Source: a virus (lineage: Duplodnaviria; Caudoviricetes). From it: a stretch of 32,842 bases of DNA. Shown here piece after piece: positions 32,692 through 32,842 of the stretch (position 1 is its first letter; each line of letters starts with the position of its first letter). The notes beneath the pieces are model-generated. The model was not told the origin of the DNA. It made no database searches and saw nothing but the letters and a program-made list of their open reading frames with translations. The stretch covers positions 1 through 32,842 of IMG/VR virus record IMGVR_UViG_3300044477_000128. The stretch is one strand, 5' to 3'. The translations under genes and the position numbers were made by a program.

Positions 32692-32842
32692 AGCGCGCCG
32701 CCTTCTGCTTCCCATTCGGAAATTGCGTCAATGTGCGCAAGCCCCTCGGCAATCTTTCGCCAAAACTTACGCAATGATTCGGTAAATTCTGAGCCTTCAA
32801 TCGTTATCGAAAACGAGCACTTACCGGTAACAATCGGCCCAC
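32688..32842 (-). CDS. 3' end of a hypothetical gene entering from the window edge
   Basis: Open frame ...FTESLRKFWRKIAEGLAHIDAISEWEAEGGAL*, GTGA-coupled to dam. Confidence 0.6.
   Translation of the reverse strand, partial: GPIVTGKCSFSITIEGSEFTESLRKFWRKIAEGLAHIDAISEWEAEGGAL

Larger units (their letters stand above)
1..32842 (-). mobile_element. Phage/prophage segment: replication, packaging, Mu-like head and contractile tail modules
   Basis: Co-oriented, coupled gene series terminase-portal-MuF-protease-capsid-neck-sheath-tube-chaperone-tape measure-baseplate, preceded by replication genes; no host housekeeping genes; ends not in window, so free phage vs prophage cannot be decided. Confidence 0.97.

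Overview
A 32.8-kb segment of a tailed phage or prophage with a contractile (myovirus-type) tail; both ends run out of the window. Nearly all genes are on the minus strand and many are translationally coupled (ATGA/TAATG/GTGA overlaps). In transcription order (right to left): Dam-type adenine methyltransferase, VRR-NUC and PD-(D/E)XK nucleases, a lambda-O-like replication initiator with an internal iteron array (likely ori), a fused primase-helicase, small Zn-finger/hypothetical and HTH genes, terminase small and large subunits, Mu gp29-like portal, MuF with a C-terminal HExxH metallopeptidase plus a small acidic partner gene, ClpP-type protease/scaffold, major capsid protein, decoration and neck genes, tail sheath, tube, a -1 frameshifted tail chaperone, tape measure, hub-spike fusion, baseplate wedge genes and a truncated fibre gene. 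The only credible plus-strand genes are a two-lipoprotein cassette inserted antisense in the baseplate operon behind a near-consensus sigma-54-type promoter; its first protein looks myxobacterial (Polyangia-like), hinting at the host. Most interesting: that cassette, a capsid insertion domain that appears homologous to a domain of the phage's own tail sheath, and the MuF-peptidase/partner pair. No integrase, repressor, lysis genes, tRNA, CRISPR array or reverse transcriptase was recognised. All family calls come from motif recognition and synteny; no database search was run.
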